NCBI GenBank assembly: GCA_951406725.2
Contig: OX597836.1
Location: 27,466,001-27,530,000 of the forward strand
DNA from: Octopus vulgaris
Taxonomy: Eukaryota
Direction of reading: 5' to 3'
Length of the DNA stretch: 64,000 bases
The translations under genes were made by a program, and so were the position numbers. Under the pieces are notes generated by a model. The model had not been told where the DNA came from, ran no database searches, and saw only the letters and a list, made by a program, of their open reading frames with translations. Below are positions 13,506-28,616 of the stretch, one piece after another. Numbering within the stretch: the stretch's first letter is position 1; the number at the start of each line of letters is the position of its first letter.

Positions 13506-13893
13506 TATATGTATATGTATGTATATATATATATGTGTATGAATGTTTGTATGTATATATACATATATACGTACGTATATCACATTATTTAGGAGTATAC
13601 ACACACACACACACATATATCTCATTCTCTCTGTCTTTCATATGTTTGTTAAAATCATTTCATTCCTTTACAAATGTTGTGTCTAATCACAATTTTATGT
13701 TTCCATCTCCAAATAATCCAATTATACAGACTTGGATGTGTATATGCGCGTGGGTCATGTAGTGTGCGTGTGTGTATGTGTGTGCTTGAGCGTATCTGTG
13801 TGTCTGTATATGTATATATATTACCATATGTATGAGTGTGTGACTGTTTATGTGTGTCACACTCGCTTTCTATCGGTGTCTGTGTCTGTCACA

Positions 13894-13952
<59 letters not shown>

Positions 13953-14064
13953 TATATATGTGTGTGTGTGTGTGTCTGTGTGAGCGTGAGTGTGTGTGAG
14001 TGTGAGTGTGTGTAAGCGTGAGTGTGTGTGTGTTTGTGCGTGTGTGTATATATATGTATATACA

Positions 14065-14140
<76 letters not shown>

Positions 14141-14695
14141 GTATATGTATGTATGTATGCATATGCGTATACACACATACATATGCGCATATTTATATGT
14201 AGTAGGGCTTATAATTTAAACTGAAAGAAAAATAACCAACATTTATGATTTCTTATTTTTTCTATTTCCATTCGCGTTATTTTCCATTTATCATTTGGCA
14301 TGAATCCGGAGCTTTAGTCTGTCACAGAGTACTTGTAGAAAATATGTGAGTTTCTTCATAAAATATTTAGCTACAACGTCTTACGTACATTTCATTACCG
14401 AAGAAATCTTACGTGAATTATATAATGAAAATGCGTTGTCAAATCTTCAGAGAAACGTAACATTGCTGGACTATATAGAGGTTACTTTGATGGTAATTGC
14501 AGCATTATCTAACATACATATACTCCGGTATTCGAAACATACTTCATATACACGTATGTGTGTATGTGTGTAGATATATATATATATATATATACAAATA
14601 TATGTATATATATGTATATGTATATATATATATCTACACACACACATATTTATACATAATATATACATACATACATATATATATGTATATACACC

Positions 14696-14753
<58 letters not shown>

Positions 14754-14775
14754 CATATATATATGTATACCTACA

Positions 14776-14822
<47 letters not shown>

Positions 14823-15214
14823 CACTGATATATACATACATATGTGTGTATTTGTGTTGATTGAGCCGCAGCGTTGTGTAACATTGTGATCCGAACGAAA
14901 GTAGTTATTAAACCAATAAAATATTTTGTAGCTGAACCGTTTCTATTAAGTTTCCAATAAACTAGGAGGGAATGATTAGTTGAACCATTTCACAGCAGGT
15001 ATTGTTTTCTGATCGATAGATCAGGGTTTTAATTAACAATTATCATCAGCAACTTCATCCAGTAAAGGTGTTAGATAATCGTTAATCCAATGCAGGTTGT
15101 ATCTGATATTCATTCCCTACAGAATCCCATTTTATCAATATTCGATATACATTCATAAGCATAAACAACCTTGAAATCGTCGATAGTATTAGAAAATTCA
15201 GTTTAAAGATGCGA

Positions 15215-15430
15215 GATGGCAGAAACGTTAATACATCGGGCAAAATATTTGAATTAGAAGGTCGTTTGTCGCCTGTCTTTACATTTTAAGTTCAGATTCC
15301 ACCGAGGTCGCATTAGCCTTTCATGCTTTCGGGATCGATAAAATAAATATCAGTTGAGCTCTGGGGATCGATGTAATCACCTTACCCCAACCCTTTTCTG
15401 AAATTGCGGCTTTATGCCAAAATGTGGAAT
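15215..15430 (+). mobile_element. Degenerate MetaSINE-type SINE
   Basis: gatggcagaaacgtta...agttcagattccaccgaggtcg...gcctttcatgctttcgggatcgataaaataaatatcag. Confidence 0.75.
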
Positions 15431-15545
15431 CAATATTTTGAAATTGAGCGAGATATTCTCTGGCCTTCGTATTTCCGCAAACATTACTGACAAGCGATTC
15501 ACTGCAGCAGTCAACAACATTTCTATCCATCTGTCACCTTTTAAA

Positions 15546-15685
15546 CAGGCATGAGCAACCTTCTTCGAGAAGAATTAGACATGGTTCGCCATGAGGCGGG
15601 TCGCACAACTAAAAAAATTTCAAGGTAATTTTTCGTTAGGCAAGCCATTCGGCAGATGTCGCGGGCCACAGTTTATCCATGGCTG
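15546..15685. mobile_element. Degenerate hAT-like MITE
   Basis: Imperfect TIRs caggcatgagcaac / gtttatccatggctg with subterminal gcgggtcgca and gcgggccaca motifs; TSD only partly conserved. Confidence 0.55.
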
Positions 15686-17393
15686 CCTTCGAATATCCCC
15701 GATGATAACCTAATTCTGCTAACGACTCTATTAATTGCTTCAACCCTTACAGATAACAGGGCAATATTGCAGTTATTTTTTTTTTAAATGACATTGACTA
15801 AAATGCTACCTCGGCAAGGTTTAGCGACTAAACCCCTTATAGTCTAACCAAACAGTTAGGAGACTTCAACGTGCCGCTTCGGTGTATTATGGTTGTCAAT
15901 GGCCTGTATATCTTAATTAATTCCATACAGTCAGTGAACTGTATTACTAAACTTTAACAAGGTATTTGACGTTGTTCTTTAGTGCTAGACTCTAAAGTCT
16001 CAAGGTCTAGTCAAGTTTTCATCTGTCGTAGTCGATCTTATTTAAAGACATATTCGGAACACCCCAGACATTTTAATTTCATCTTCCATGCTCATCAGTC
16101 ACCACGTAATTCATCTCAGTGATTTTGGAGAAACAATAAAAAATAAGCATGCTATAAACCTGTGGTTTTTTTGTCACATGTGTCTTCGTACGAGTCTTTT
16201 CCGTGAAAATGTCAGCCATCTTGGCACATTGAGTTTAATGTCCATTTATTATTTGATAAAAAGTTTAACGAAAACTCCCCTGTTGAATCTGAGCTTCCTG
16301 AACTAATACCCGAAAACCAGGTCTTTCCTAAACGATTTTCTGTCGGTAGTTTTGTAACAACGGTCTGGATAGTTTCGACGGTGATGCCAGGAACGACGTT
16401 TTCACAGCAACGTATTCTGTTCCACCTTTAATCATTCTGCACCGCGGTTGTGATGTTTGATTTCTGATCGTTCTGAATTCACCCGCGTGAATGAACAACT
16501 CATTATTTTGTATTATGAAAACTATCCCCTAAAATTATTGTCATTAATAGAAGCCTGCTCTAAAAAGAACTCAAAGAAACTGGTTATTCCCTTCTTCAGA
16601 ATAATTGCAGATGAGAGGAGTAGCCTTGATCGTAACGATTTTCATGCTGTTACATAATATTTGTGGGTTTAATGCAAACCTGCCGTTGATAACCTTACGT
16701 TCCTTAATTTCCTACCATGAAAGCAGATTTTGATTTAACGCTCCTAGTTCCTAATTAATGGTAATTGGTTTACCTGTGACTGCTTCTTCTTCTCTCGGCC
16801 GATTCCATAGATTTTGGAGAGTATCCCATTAAATCGAATCTAATGGTTGTCGAATTCTTCATTCACTTTAAATCTATCATAGTATCCAATTGTTCCATGT
16901 TTTCCTGTTGTCTGTCGGTGTTCTTTTCAAGTGAGATAATCCATTTTGGTTGTGTGTTATCATTTCGATCGATCTCCGTTAATCCAATCTATTATTGAAC
17001 GTTAATTGCAGCACAATGCAGTTGGACGCTCAATGCCTAAAAGCCGAGAGCCTCAATTTGTGCAGGTTGTTATTTAACAAGTTCATCGATCACAGATAAC
17101 ACCAAGCCAATAGGCTTCTATCGACTCGTGTTATAATCATTCTTTGATTTAATAGAATGCCCATGTAAATATTGAATTTCCGCTTAAATCTTGCTGCGAG
17201 CTGGTGTTTTCAACTGGTTGTAGCCATCACTAATTTCTATGTTTGTAAGCGGTTTCCACATGTCAGTGTAATGGCGACACTCCTATCCTAATGTTACATT
17301 ATCGTCTTTGTTTTGGTAGTTTTTCATGCTTTCTAACAAATATTCTTGAGTCTAGAATCTACTGGATGTGGATATTATTGTTATTATTATTAT

Positions 17394-17668
<275 letters not shown>

Positions 17669-17857
17669 CATCATCATCATCATCATCATCTTCTTTCAAT
17701 TTTGTTTCCATTTCTTGCCGAGTCACTTCCTAACACCTAGGACAGAGACAATGTATTCATTGGTAGGTCATTGCAATAAACACACTAGATTGTTCACTTG
17801 CAACGTCATGTGATAGAGAAAAGGGGGGAAGAAAGACAGAAAAAAACAAAAAAGAAA

Positions 17858-17931
<74 letters not shown>

Positions 17932-18022
17932 CATTATTATTGTTTGTTGCGCAGTTTTGATGGTTGATGTCGAGCGGTATATTTATTTCCCATTAAAGAT
18001 AACTTGTTGGTGCAGTGAAGCG

Positions 18023-18065
<43 letters not shown>

Positions 18066-18254
18066 AAGAAGAAGAAGAAGAAGAAGAAGAAGAAGAAGAA
18101 GAAGAAGAAGAAGAAGAAGAAGAAGAAGAAGAAGAAGAAGAAGAAGAAGAAGAAGAAGAAGAAGAAGAAGAAATATTTTAGACTCCTGTATATTTTCATC
18201 CACTTTACACATCCGATAGTAGGATCCTCCATAAGCTTTCTGTCACATTGGTGC

Positions 18255-18860
<606 letters not shown>

Positions 18861-18967
18861 GATGCGAGTTGGGTAAAAGGTTACATCCATGTAACATCGA
18901 ACTCTCTCATGCACCAAATGGCAGTTGCTAGAAAGCTTTCGTGAAGTGAAACCAAGTAGCAACACCA

Positions 18968-19040
18968 AATGGCGGTGCCCCAGCATGGCCACAGCTCATA
19001 AGCTGAAACTAGAATCAATCAATCAATCAATCAATCAATC
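18968..19040 (+). mobile_element. About 45-nt tail module with (AATC)n tail
   Basis: aatggcggtgccccagcatggccacagctcataagctgaaactag followed by (aatc)n. Confidence 0.75.
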
Positions 19041-20797
19041 ATGGCGATTGATTTTAATTTAAATGGTATCATTAAAGTTCAACTAGGAGAGAGCACTTGG
19101 GCCGCCCTCAAACGAGGAAATATCCGGTGATGTGGGGCAATGTTTTGTTGTTCTTTGTTTTTAGATGCTATGGTGTAGTTTAAGGAAGATTTTTGCTACA
19201 ATTTCTAGCAGGTCGAGAGACCACACAAAGGTTCCTGTCCTGTTCCTGTACAGGCAAAGAGACGCGACTTCCACTATGTCGGCAATGGAGTTTTCCAGTT
19301 GGTAAAAATTACGTAATTTGTAATTATTTTTTAATTGTTTCAGTCAAATGATTCCAGGATTCTTTTTTATTTTAACTTATCCTATCGTTCTCTTTTGCCA
19401 TTATATTACAGGGACGTAAACACCACATCAACCCCGGTTGTCAAATAGTGGTGGGAGAAAAACACAAGACATAAAGATACACACGTATATATATATATAT
19501 ATATATATATGTACGGCAGGCTTCTTTCAGTTTCCATCTACTAAATCCACTTACAAGGCTTTGGCTATGGACAGTCACTTGCCCAAGGTGCTACACAGTG
19601 GGACTGAACCCAAAAGCATGTTGTCGGGGAAGCAAGCTTCTTACCACACAGCCAGCCACGCCTGCGCAAGAAACTTTTTTAAATATTAATTTGCAGAAAA
19701 AAAAGTGTTCCAGCATGGCCGTAGCATGATGACTGAAGCAAGTAAAAGGATAAAAGAATACTCATACACACACACACACACACAAACGTACGTGCACAAA
19801 CACACACACGAACACACACGCACACACACACACATGTGCACACACACACGTGCACACGCGCACGTGCACACACATGTACACACACACACACTTGCACACA
19901 CACACGTACACACACTCATGCACACACACACACACACACACTTGCACAAACGCACGTGCACACACACACACTTGCAGACACACGTGCACACATACAGGTA
20001 CACGTGCACACACACACCTGCACACACACATACTTGCACACAAACATACGCTCACATACACACACACACACGTGTACACACACACACGTGTACACGCACA
20101 CGTGTACACATACACGTGTACACATACACGTGTACACATGCACGTGCACACACACACGTGCACACACACACACACACACACATACACACATGCAAACACA
20201 CGCAACTTGAATTAAATGTTTCTCCGTTGGTTATATAGCTTCACACATTATCCCCGCCGTGATTCGAACTCTTGTTCACAGTAATCTTTATTGCTGTCAT
20301 CAACCAAAAATTAGTATTAACCTATGGTACATGACAGGTGTATGTGTGTGTGTGTGTGTGTGTGCGTGCGTGTTATGCGTGTGTGCACGTGTATTGGAAT
20401 GTAAACATACATACACACACAGTTAAGCGAATATTGGCAATGTGGGTATGTCGTCCAGCCGACATACAGACATGGTATGACCACCACTACAGACATGGTG
20501 CCTCATTTAGTGAAAAGCTGATTCCTGTTTTTCTATTGGCCTGGATTCAGTTGTCAAGGCAACGCAGCCAAATATGGCGAAACATGTGCACACAACACAG
20601 ACACACACACACACATATATATATTACGCGTATATACTTATATACATATGTAAATACACACCAATATTGTTCAACATAATACATACTTGTAATATAATAT
20701 TCATTGACAGGTAAACGTATAAAAGCATAACAAAATATACTTAGAATAACATACAATATAATATATAGCATACATATGTAGATACATACGCACACAC

Positions 20798-20834
<37 letters not shown>

Positions 20835-20890
20835 TAATCACGCACACACACATATATATATATATGTATATATATAAATATATATATTTA

Positions 20891-20922
<32 letters not shown>

Positions 20923-20959
20923 CATATATGTGTGCGTGTGTGTGTGTATGTCTGTTTGG

Positions 20960-21175
20960 GGGGGGTCTGTGTTTGTCCCCCCCCCCCCACCAACATCGCT
21001 TGACAACCGATGCTGGTGTGTTTACGCACCCGTTATTTAGCGGTTCGGCGAAAGAGACCGATAGAATAAGTACTAGCCTTAGAAAGAATAAGTCCTCGGG
21101 TCGATTTGTTCGACTAAAAATCGGTGCTCCAGCATGGCCGCAGTCAAATGACTGAAGCAAGTGAAAGAATAAAAT
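20960..21175 (+). mobile_element. Family A SINE, 3' half
   Basis: catcgcttgacaaccgatgctggtg...cggttcggcgaaagagaccgatagaataagtac...ctccagcatggccgcagtcaaatgactgaa. Confidence 0.85.
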
Positions 21176-21300
21176 AATATATATACATATACATACATAC
21201 ATACATGCATACATACATACACACACACACACATACACACACACATATATATATACATACCTACATACATACATGCATACATACGTAGCTGCATACATGA

Positions 21301-21339
<39 letters not shown>

Positions 21340-21517
21340 GGAATTGGCGAACTTCACATTTTCACTATTTTAATCTTTATTTGATTTTATTTGGATTTAA
21401 TATAATACAAATGATGCTGGAAATATCTTACGACAGGTAAAAAGACAGGTGCGCTGACGGTACTCGAACAACGTACTGTGGCATACAGCCAACCATAATG
21501 ACACATATGGATAAGCA

Positions 21518-21652
<135 letters not shown>

Positions 21653-21687
21653 GTGTGTGCTTGTATGTATATGTGTTTATATATTTA

Positions 21688-22188
21688 TTGGATTTGGTGC
21701 ATAATTATTGCGGCTTTTTTTTTTTCAACAAATTTCATTCAACAAAAACAATAATATTTAACAAAAACATCTTTAAATGACAGTCTGACCATCTGCCAAG
21801 CAAATGGGAAGCAGTAATTGAAGTAGATGGTGAATATGCTCCGGAATAATTATTTAAAGATTCTTTTGTTACATGTTGTTATTACTTTTATTGGGCGACG
21901 AAATTATCGATTTAAGAGATATAGCTGTTATTTCTAGCACATGTAGAAGACAGAAGAAGAGGTAAATAATTTGAGCTCGAGATGCTGCGATTTCATTGGT
22001 TAAAATTCTTAAAATTAAACTACGTTTAAGTTACGAATTACAATTTTGTTTACAATAATGTTTTCTTTTGACACATTCTACCAGTATACGAAGTTTCAAA
22101 TTGTTTAGTTAACTAGGAACATCTGGCCTTCAAAATGAAAATATCAAAATTTGTTGAAAAAAGCCGCAGTAATTACGCACCAACCCAG
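21688..22188 (+). mobile_element. Mariner-derived MITE with internal insertion
   Basis: TIRs ttggatttggtgcataattattgcggctttt / aaaagccgcagtaattacgcaccaacccag, TA-flanked; the interior encodes the mariner C-terminus DHLPSKWEAVIEVDGEYAPE*. A shorter copy without the insert lies in reverse at 52252-52478. Confidence 0.8.
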
Positions 22189-22200
22189 TATTTATGTATG

Positions 22201-22294
<94 letters not shown>

Positions 22295-22794
22295 TGTGTG
22301 TGTGCGCGTATTCTTTTACTGGCGTAAGTCACTGGTCTACGGTCATGTCATTACATACAGATTTTTCAAATCTGTAATAATATATATACGAGAAGAAAAT
22401 GGAGGAAAAGTAACAAAAAGAAGCGTGTCGTTTGCGCTGGAAAGCCATTATTTGATTAGTAAATAAAGGTGAGAGTTAGAGTGATGCTATTTACGATTGC
22501 TTCTGTTTACCATGGTTTGGAAAATATATATTTATATTTTTTGTCTCGTTGGCGGCGAACCCCCAGACGTTACAGACAGGTGGAGGCCATGCAACGGAAT
22601 AGCCATGAGACCACGGATCCAACTAACTTATATTCTTCATCCACCTCACAATGGACTAACGAACTGTGAACCCAACTATAATGTAAGACACTCGAATCTT
22701 TGATCTTCTATTTTCCGATGTAACTCTTGATCTTTCGCTCTTCTTCTCTCTACCTCTGGCTACTTCGTTCTGACGATGTCTACCATTGGTGTTG

Positions 22795-23135
22795 TTACCT
22801 TCTGAGTTCGAATTTCGCCGAGGTCGACATTGCCTTTCATCATTTCGAGGTCGATAAATTCAGTACCAGTGGCGCACTAGGGTCGGTGTAATCGACTTAA
22901 TCCCTTTGTCTGACCTTGTTTGTCCACTCTATGTTTAGTCCCTTGTGCGTAGTAAAGAAATAGGTATTTCGTCTGCTGTTACGTTGTGAGTTCAAATTCC
23001 GCCGAGGTCAACTTTGCCTTTCATCATTTCGGGGTCGATTAAATAAGTAACAGTTACACACTGGGGTCGATATAATAGACTTAACCCCTTTGTTTGTCCC
23101 CTCTGTGTTTAGCCCCCTGTGAGCAAAAAAGAAAT
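22795..23135 (+). mobile_element. MetaSINE-type dimer with the same junction as the 4201-5572 array
   Basis: Junction ...agtaaagaaata|ggtatttcgtctg at 22963. Confidence 0.85.
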
Positions 23136-23347
23136 ATATATGAGCATGTGTAGATATGCAACTATATGCATCAGAATACATACATAAAACAAACCATAAA
23201 AATCTGCACGTATACATACATACGTACATACATACATACATACATACATACTTACATACTTACATACATACATACATGCATACATACATACATACATACA
23301 TACATACATACATACTTACATACTTACATACATACATACATACATAC

Positions 23348-23378
<31 letters not shown>

Positions 23379-23639
23379 CTTACATACATACATACATACA
23401 TACTTACATACATACTTACATACATACATCCATCCATACATACATACATACATACATACATACATACATACATACATACATACATACAAACAAACAAACA
23501 AACAAAAATACCCTGTTGTTGACATTTGAAATTTCAACGAAGGAGCCTTGGATCCAGCTTAGATACCGGCTCTTTGTCTATTGGCAAGAAATCTTGAAAT
23601 AAAACTGAATAATGGCATGCATACATACAAACGGAACAA

Positions 23640-24140
23640 CCTCCCTATGCGACACGACGTTGTCGCTAAAATAATATACAAATGCTATTCGGAAAGAAGA
23701 CTATTCTAGAATAAATATAGAGAATGCCCGTGTCATTGAATACATATACACACACCAGCACAAGGAATACTGGTTGAACATTCCCATCAAAATACCTGTC
23801 AAGTGTAAGCGTACTAACAAAGATTTTGTTTGGGACAGACGAGGAAAAGTATGCACCAACGAAGATGTCAGCTGTCCTATCGATGTAAATATCTCTTTGA
23901 AAATCAAAGAGAAGGAGGATAACTGCTTCGAAACCACCAGCTTCTATATCCGGATTACAGATTTACAGTTATACCAATAATAACTGAAACACTTGGTTTT
24001 GTAAGTAAATGCCTAACTGTCAGTCTGAATAAGCTTGGTTTTTCAGAAAAAGAAATCAACCGATCTGTACGTTACAAATTCAATTTGTAAGCGGAACAGT
24101 CAGACTATGCGAGTCTTTTCTCAGGTTTGAAACGTGACAC
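23640..24140 (+). mobile_element. Degenerate RLE-endonuclease LINE 3' end (R4/Dong-like, different family)
   Basis: RHDVVAKIIY...EYWLNIPIK...VWDR..KVC..DVSCPIDVNISLKIKEKEDN...YPDYRFTVIPIITETLGFV..., with frameshifts. Confidence 0.75.
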
Positions 24141-24414
24141 CCTGCTTCCGTTATCTACGTTCCAAAGATGGAGCTTTGTATCTTCTTTTAGCAACATTCC
24201 AAAGATGGAACCCCTTCTTCAGAGGAAGAACTGAAATGATTAAATACAAAAGAGACATACAGAAGAGATACACATACGTACATACATAAGTACATACATG
24301 CACACACACAGACACAAACACACGCACACACACACAAACACACACACACAAACACACACACACACGCGCGCGCACACACACACGCACACACACACACACA
24401 CGAGAGCGCACACG

Positions 24415-24567
24415 CAGTTTTCTTTCAGTTTTCGTCTACCAAATCTGCTCACAAGGCTTTGGTCCGTCCGAGGCTGTAGTAGAAGACACTTGCCCAAAGT
24501 GCTACGCAGTGGGTCTGAACCCGAAACCATTGGTTTGGGAAGCGAGCTTCTTACCAAACAGCCACGT
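24415..24567 (-). mobile_element. Family A SINE, 5' half
   Basis: Reverse of ggctgtttggtaagaagctcgcttccc...ctttgggcaagtgtcttctac...ggtagacgaaaactgaaaga. Confidence 0.8.
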
Positions 24568-24604
24568 CATGTGTGCGTATATCTATATGTACACATAATA
24601 ATAA

Positions 24605-25137
24605 TGTTCGTCCTTCGGGTTCGAATATGACCATTGACATCATTTGGTGGAATTGCTGCTATGAGACCGGAGGTGGCTGGTGAGGCCAATCCAGGCAAGA
24701 AAGCCCCTCCCACAGGTGGGGCAGAAGTGGGTAGGGGCTGTGCTATTGGTGCAGGTGGCTCTGGCTTTCCGCATCTGGCGTTTCTGTTCTGCTGACAGAA
24801 TCCGTCTCTCCTCGGCTGTCTTTGCTCCTGTGGTGATTGCGCTGCGCCAGGATGAGCGGTCGGCAGCAAGTGTCTCCCAAGTCTCTGTGCCGATGGAGAA
24901 GTCTTTGAGAGAGACTCTGAGACTGTCCTTGAAGCGCTTCTTCTGCCCTCCGACTTTGCGTTTGCCCTGGCTGAGTTCACCGAAGAAGAGCTGTTTTGGG
25001 ATGCGAGTGTCGGACATGCGGGAGACGTGGACTGCCCATCTCAGCTGGGCCTTGCGCATGATCGTGATGGTGCCAGGGAGATCTGCCTGCTTCAGAACTT
25101 CCGTGTCTGGGACTTTGTCCTGCCAGCGGATGTGATA
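24605..25137 (-). mobile_element. 5'-truncated RTE-clade LINE: uninterrupted ORF C-terminus with C2H2 finger and 3' tail
   Basis: HIRWQDKVPDTEVL...QLRWAVHVSRMSDTRIPKQLFFGELSQGKRKVGGQKKRFKDSL...WETLAADRSSWR...CPTCGRGFLAWIGLTSHLRSH (stop at 24640); tail ggtcatattcgaacccgaaggacgaac plus (ATT)n. The N-terminal part of ORF 24640-25503 is microsatellite. Confidence 0.92.
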
Positions 25138-25459
25138 CACAAACATGTGTACATGCACACATATATACACACATTTATGCATGTATGTATGTGAGTATGT
25201 ATGTATGTATTTATGTGAGTGTGTATGTGTGTATGAATGTGTATATGGATTATGTATATTTTTAGGCATGTATGTATATATGTATGCATTTATGTATGTA
25301 TGTATGTATGTATGTATGTATGTATGTATGTATGTATGTATGCATTTAAGTATGTATGTATGTATGTATTTATGTATGTATGCATTTAAGTATGTATGTA
25401 TGTATGTATGTATGTATGTATGTATGTATGCATGTAAGTATGTATGTATGTATGTATGC

Positions 25460-25490
<31 letters not shown>

Positions 25491-26431
25491 TGTATGCATG
25501 CATTCATGTATGTATATATGTATATATATATTTATATATGTGCGTGTATGTGTATGTTTATGTATGTATGTATGTATGTATTTATGTATGTGTTTATATA
25601 TGTATGTATTTATGTGTGTATGTATGTGTCTGTATGTATGTGCATGTTTATGTATGTATGCGTGTATGTATGTGTGTGTATGTATTTATGTACGTTTATG
25701 TATATAGGTATGTGTATGTTTATGTATGTGCTTATGCATGTGTTTATATATGTATGTATGTACGTATGTATTTATATACGTTTATGTATGTATGTATTTA
25801 TGTATGTATTTATGTATGCATGTGTGTATGGATGTATAAGCGTATATGTGTGGAATATATATTTATCATTCATGCCATCGGGCAGGGTATTTAGTGTTGC
25901 GAAAATGTGTGTGTGTGATCGCGCACGTGTGTCTGCGTGTGTGTGTGTATTTATGCACGTGTATTCTGTGAATGTGCGTGTCATTATGAATGTGTCTACG
26001 TATGGGCGAGTAGGTGTGTATACATAATGAGGAATGACGGTGTATGCATTGTCACAACGGAGAACGTCTGTGTCTTAGTAAGTCATATGCCGGCATTCCT
26101 GTGTACGTGTGTGCATGTGCGTGTGTGTGTGAGTGCATGTGTGTATCCTTGTGTGTGTGTGTGTATGTGTGTAAGTGGAACTGATATCACAGTGAAGAGA
26201 TGCATGACTACAAACGTGATATCTTCTTTGAAGCTAGGCTGGTGCCCGTAACACAACGTGCGTTTAACGATATATATTGGTTAGCTACCTATGCGCACTG
26301 GCTAGCTATACGCACTGGCTAGCTATTCACACTGATGACGTATTATAGAATCTCTGGCAGATCTCCAGACACTGCCTTGTTGTTAAGAAACCCGCCTCGG
26401 TGTTGTGCAGGTCCCAGTTGCGATTCCAAAT

Positions 26432-26494
<63 letters not shown>

Positions 26495-26500
26495 TATATA

Positions 26501-26707
26501 CTGTTGTGTCTGGGGAGAGTCATTCTCTTTTGGTGCCTTATAATTTAACACACTGGTAAAATTTCCACTTAGTTTTTTTAATTTTTTATAAATAAATAAA
26601 TGAATAAATAAATAAAAAAATAAATAAATAATAAGTGGAAATCTTACCAGCGAGTTTGTTAAATTATAAGGCACCAAAAGAGAATGACTCTCACTAGACA
26701 CAACAGA
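26501..26707. repeat. Inverted repeat, arms of about 72 bp, AT-rich spacer
   Basis: ctgttgtgtctggggagagtcattctcttttggtgccttataatttaac...ttccactta and its reverse complement at 26632-26707. Confidence 0.85.
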
Positions 26708-26764
26708 ATATGCTTCAACACACGAACTCACATAAAGAATCTTGCAAACCAAATATCCAAACGA

Positions 26765-26811
<47 letters not shown>

Positions 26812-26813
<2 letters not shown>

Positions 26814-27118
26814 ACGTGATCACGTGACCGACCAGGCTATCAGATGTTGCTACACATCGCTGGTCGCAATGGGCTTCGCATTGTTTTAGCCTTCAAATGA
26901 CGCCACCCCGCTGGCTAAGCGAGCAGGCCAACAGAAGAAAGAGTGAGAGTAAGTTGCGGCGAAAGAGTGCAGCCGGGTTCGCCACCATCCCCTGCCGGAG
27001 CCTCGTGGAGCTTTAGTTGCTTTCGCTCAATAAACACAGACCACGCCCGGTCTGGGAATCGAAACCGCGATCCTCCGACCGCGAATCCGCTGCCCTAACC
27101 ACTGGGTCATTGCGCCTC
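26812..27118 (-). mobile_element. tRNA(Arg)-like SINE (family 'R') with tail type 1 ending CACGTGATCACGTGA
   Basis: Reverse: gaggcgcaatgacccagtggttagggcagcggattcgcggtcggaggatcgcggtttcgattccc...ttggcctgctcgcttagcc...cacgtgatcacgtga, then (TA)n. Confidence 0.9.
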
Positions 27119-27150
27119 TACACACACACTCATACATATATATTTATATA

Positions 27151-27219
<69 letters not shown>

Positions 27220-27447
27220 AGATAGGGGTTGAAAATTCAACCCACCATGGGATAACATATATCAAATATACTGCTTATATTATATTTTATATTTTATATG
27301 TCTATTTCATTGTCTAATTATATTTACTATATATTTTGTATAATGCCTTTACTGTTATGTAATGGTGTAATAAAGTATTGATTGGGTATCATCTGATGGT
27401 TGATATTTGATTGATTTAAGTATGTTTCTCCATTTTCTAATTTTGTA

Positions 27448-27488
<41 letters not shown>

Positions 27489-28030
27489 CACAGTTCCTTG
27501 CTAACAACCAGTATTAGAGTGATTAAGTATTTGTGCTGTGTATTAGATCACGTCCGTCGTTTCCTGGTGTGCAATGTGCCACAGATCAAGCATCGATGTG
27601 ATCGCAGAACGACATGAAATGAAGTGTTTTGCTGAAGAACACAACGCACCACCCGTTTCGAGAATCGAAATCACGATTTCACTATCATTAGTGAGATACT
27701 CTAACCACCAAACCACGCACCTTTACACACAGACACACAGAAACATACACACAAATACACGCACAAAAACACACGTACGCACATACAGATACGCGCAGTC
27801 TAATACGCCTGACTCTCAGCCTGTCTGTATCGTATTCTCATTAAATATCCCGGAATTAAGTGAAACGTTTATAATTCTTTCTCCTTCAAACACATCCAAC
27901 TAGAATTCCTTCTAATGACATTCACCGGTAAATATTTGAATATTAAATGCATTATTGTGACAGAAGTATCAATTATAAATAGGGCCGTGATGTGTGTCGC
28001 TATACGTGATATACATACAATGATACGTGT

Positions 28031-28363
28031 GGAGGTGCAATGGCCCAGTGGTTATAGCATTGGACTCGCGGTCATGGGATCACGGTTTCGATTCCCAGAC
28101 CTGGCATTGTGAGTGTTCATTGAGCGAAAACACCTAAAGCTCCACGAGGCTCCGGCAGGGGATGGTGGCGAACCCGGCTGTACTCTTTCACCACAACTTT
28201 CTCTCACTCTTTCTTCATGTTTCTATTGTACCTGTATTTCAAAGGGACCAGCCTTGTCCCCCTCTGTGTCACACTGAATCTCCCCGAGAACTACTTTGAG
28301 GGTACACATGTCTGTGGAGTGCTCAGCCACTTGCACGTTAATTTCACGAGCAGGCTGTTCCGT

Positions 28364-28364
<1 letters not shown>
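28031..28364 (+). mobile_element. Family R SINE with tail type 2, 3'-truncated at (TA)n
   Basis: ggaggtgcaatggcccagtgg...gtttcgattccc...gtacctgtatttcaaaggg...ttaatttcacgagcaggctgttccgtt. Confidence 0.88.
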
Positions 28365-28448
<84 letters not shown>

Positions 28449-28452
<4 letters not shown>

Positions 28453-28560
28453 CCTGCTCGCTTAGCCAGCGGGGTGGCGTCATTCGAAGGCTAAAACAAT
28501 GCAAACGCATTCTGACCAGCGATGTGTAGCAACATCTGATGGTCTGGTCGGTCACGTGAT

Positions 28561-28567
<7 letters not shown>
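28449..28567 (+). mobile_element. Stand-alone tail type 1 module (about 120 nt) in (TA)n
   Basis: ttggcctgctcgcttagccagcgggg...ggtcacgtgatcacgtga flanked by (TA)n; same start as 61626. Confidence 0.85.

Positions 28568-28616
<49 letters not shown>

Larger units (their letters stand above)
14950..17370 (-). mobile_element. Possible very old APE-RT LINE remnant
   Basis: Scattered RT-like words on the minus strand (GI.G....HWINDYL at about 15080-15135; KK...IALLSV...VV..R at about 15710-15800); heavily decayed. Confidence 0.3.

Noticed and set aside
22541-22775. Second LTR-like segment
   Set aside because: Only faint resemblance to 31984-33064; no clear CA end or TSD.
28551-28567. Tandem E-box (CACGTG x2) regulatory site
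   Set aside because: It is the terminal repeat of a mobile module seen three times; no promoter or gene context supports function.
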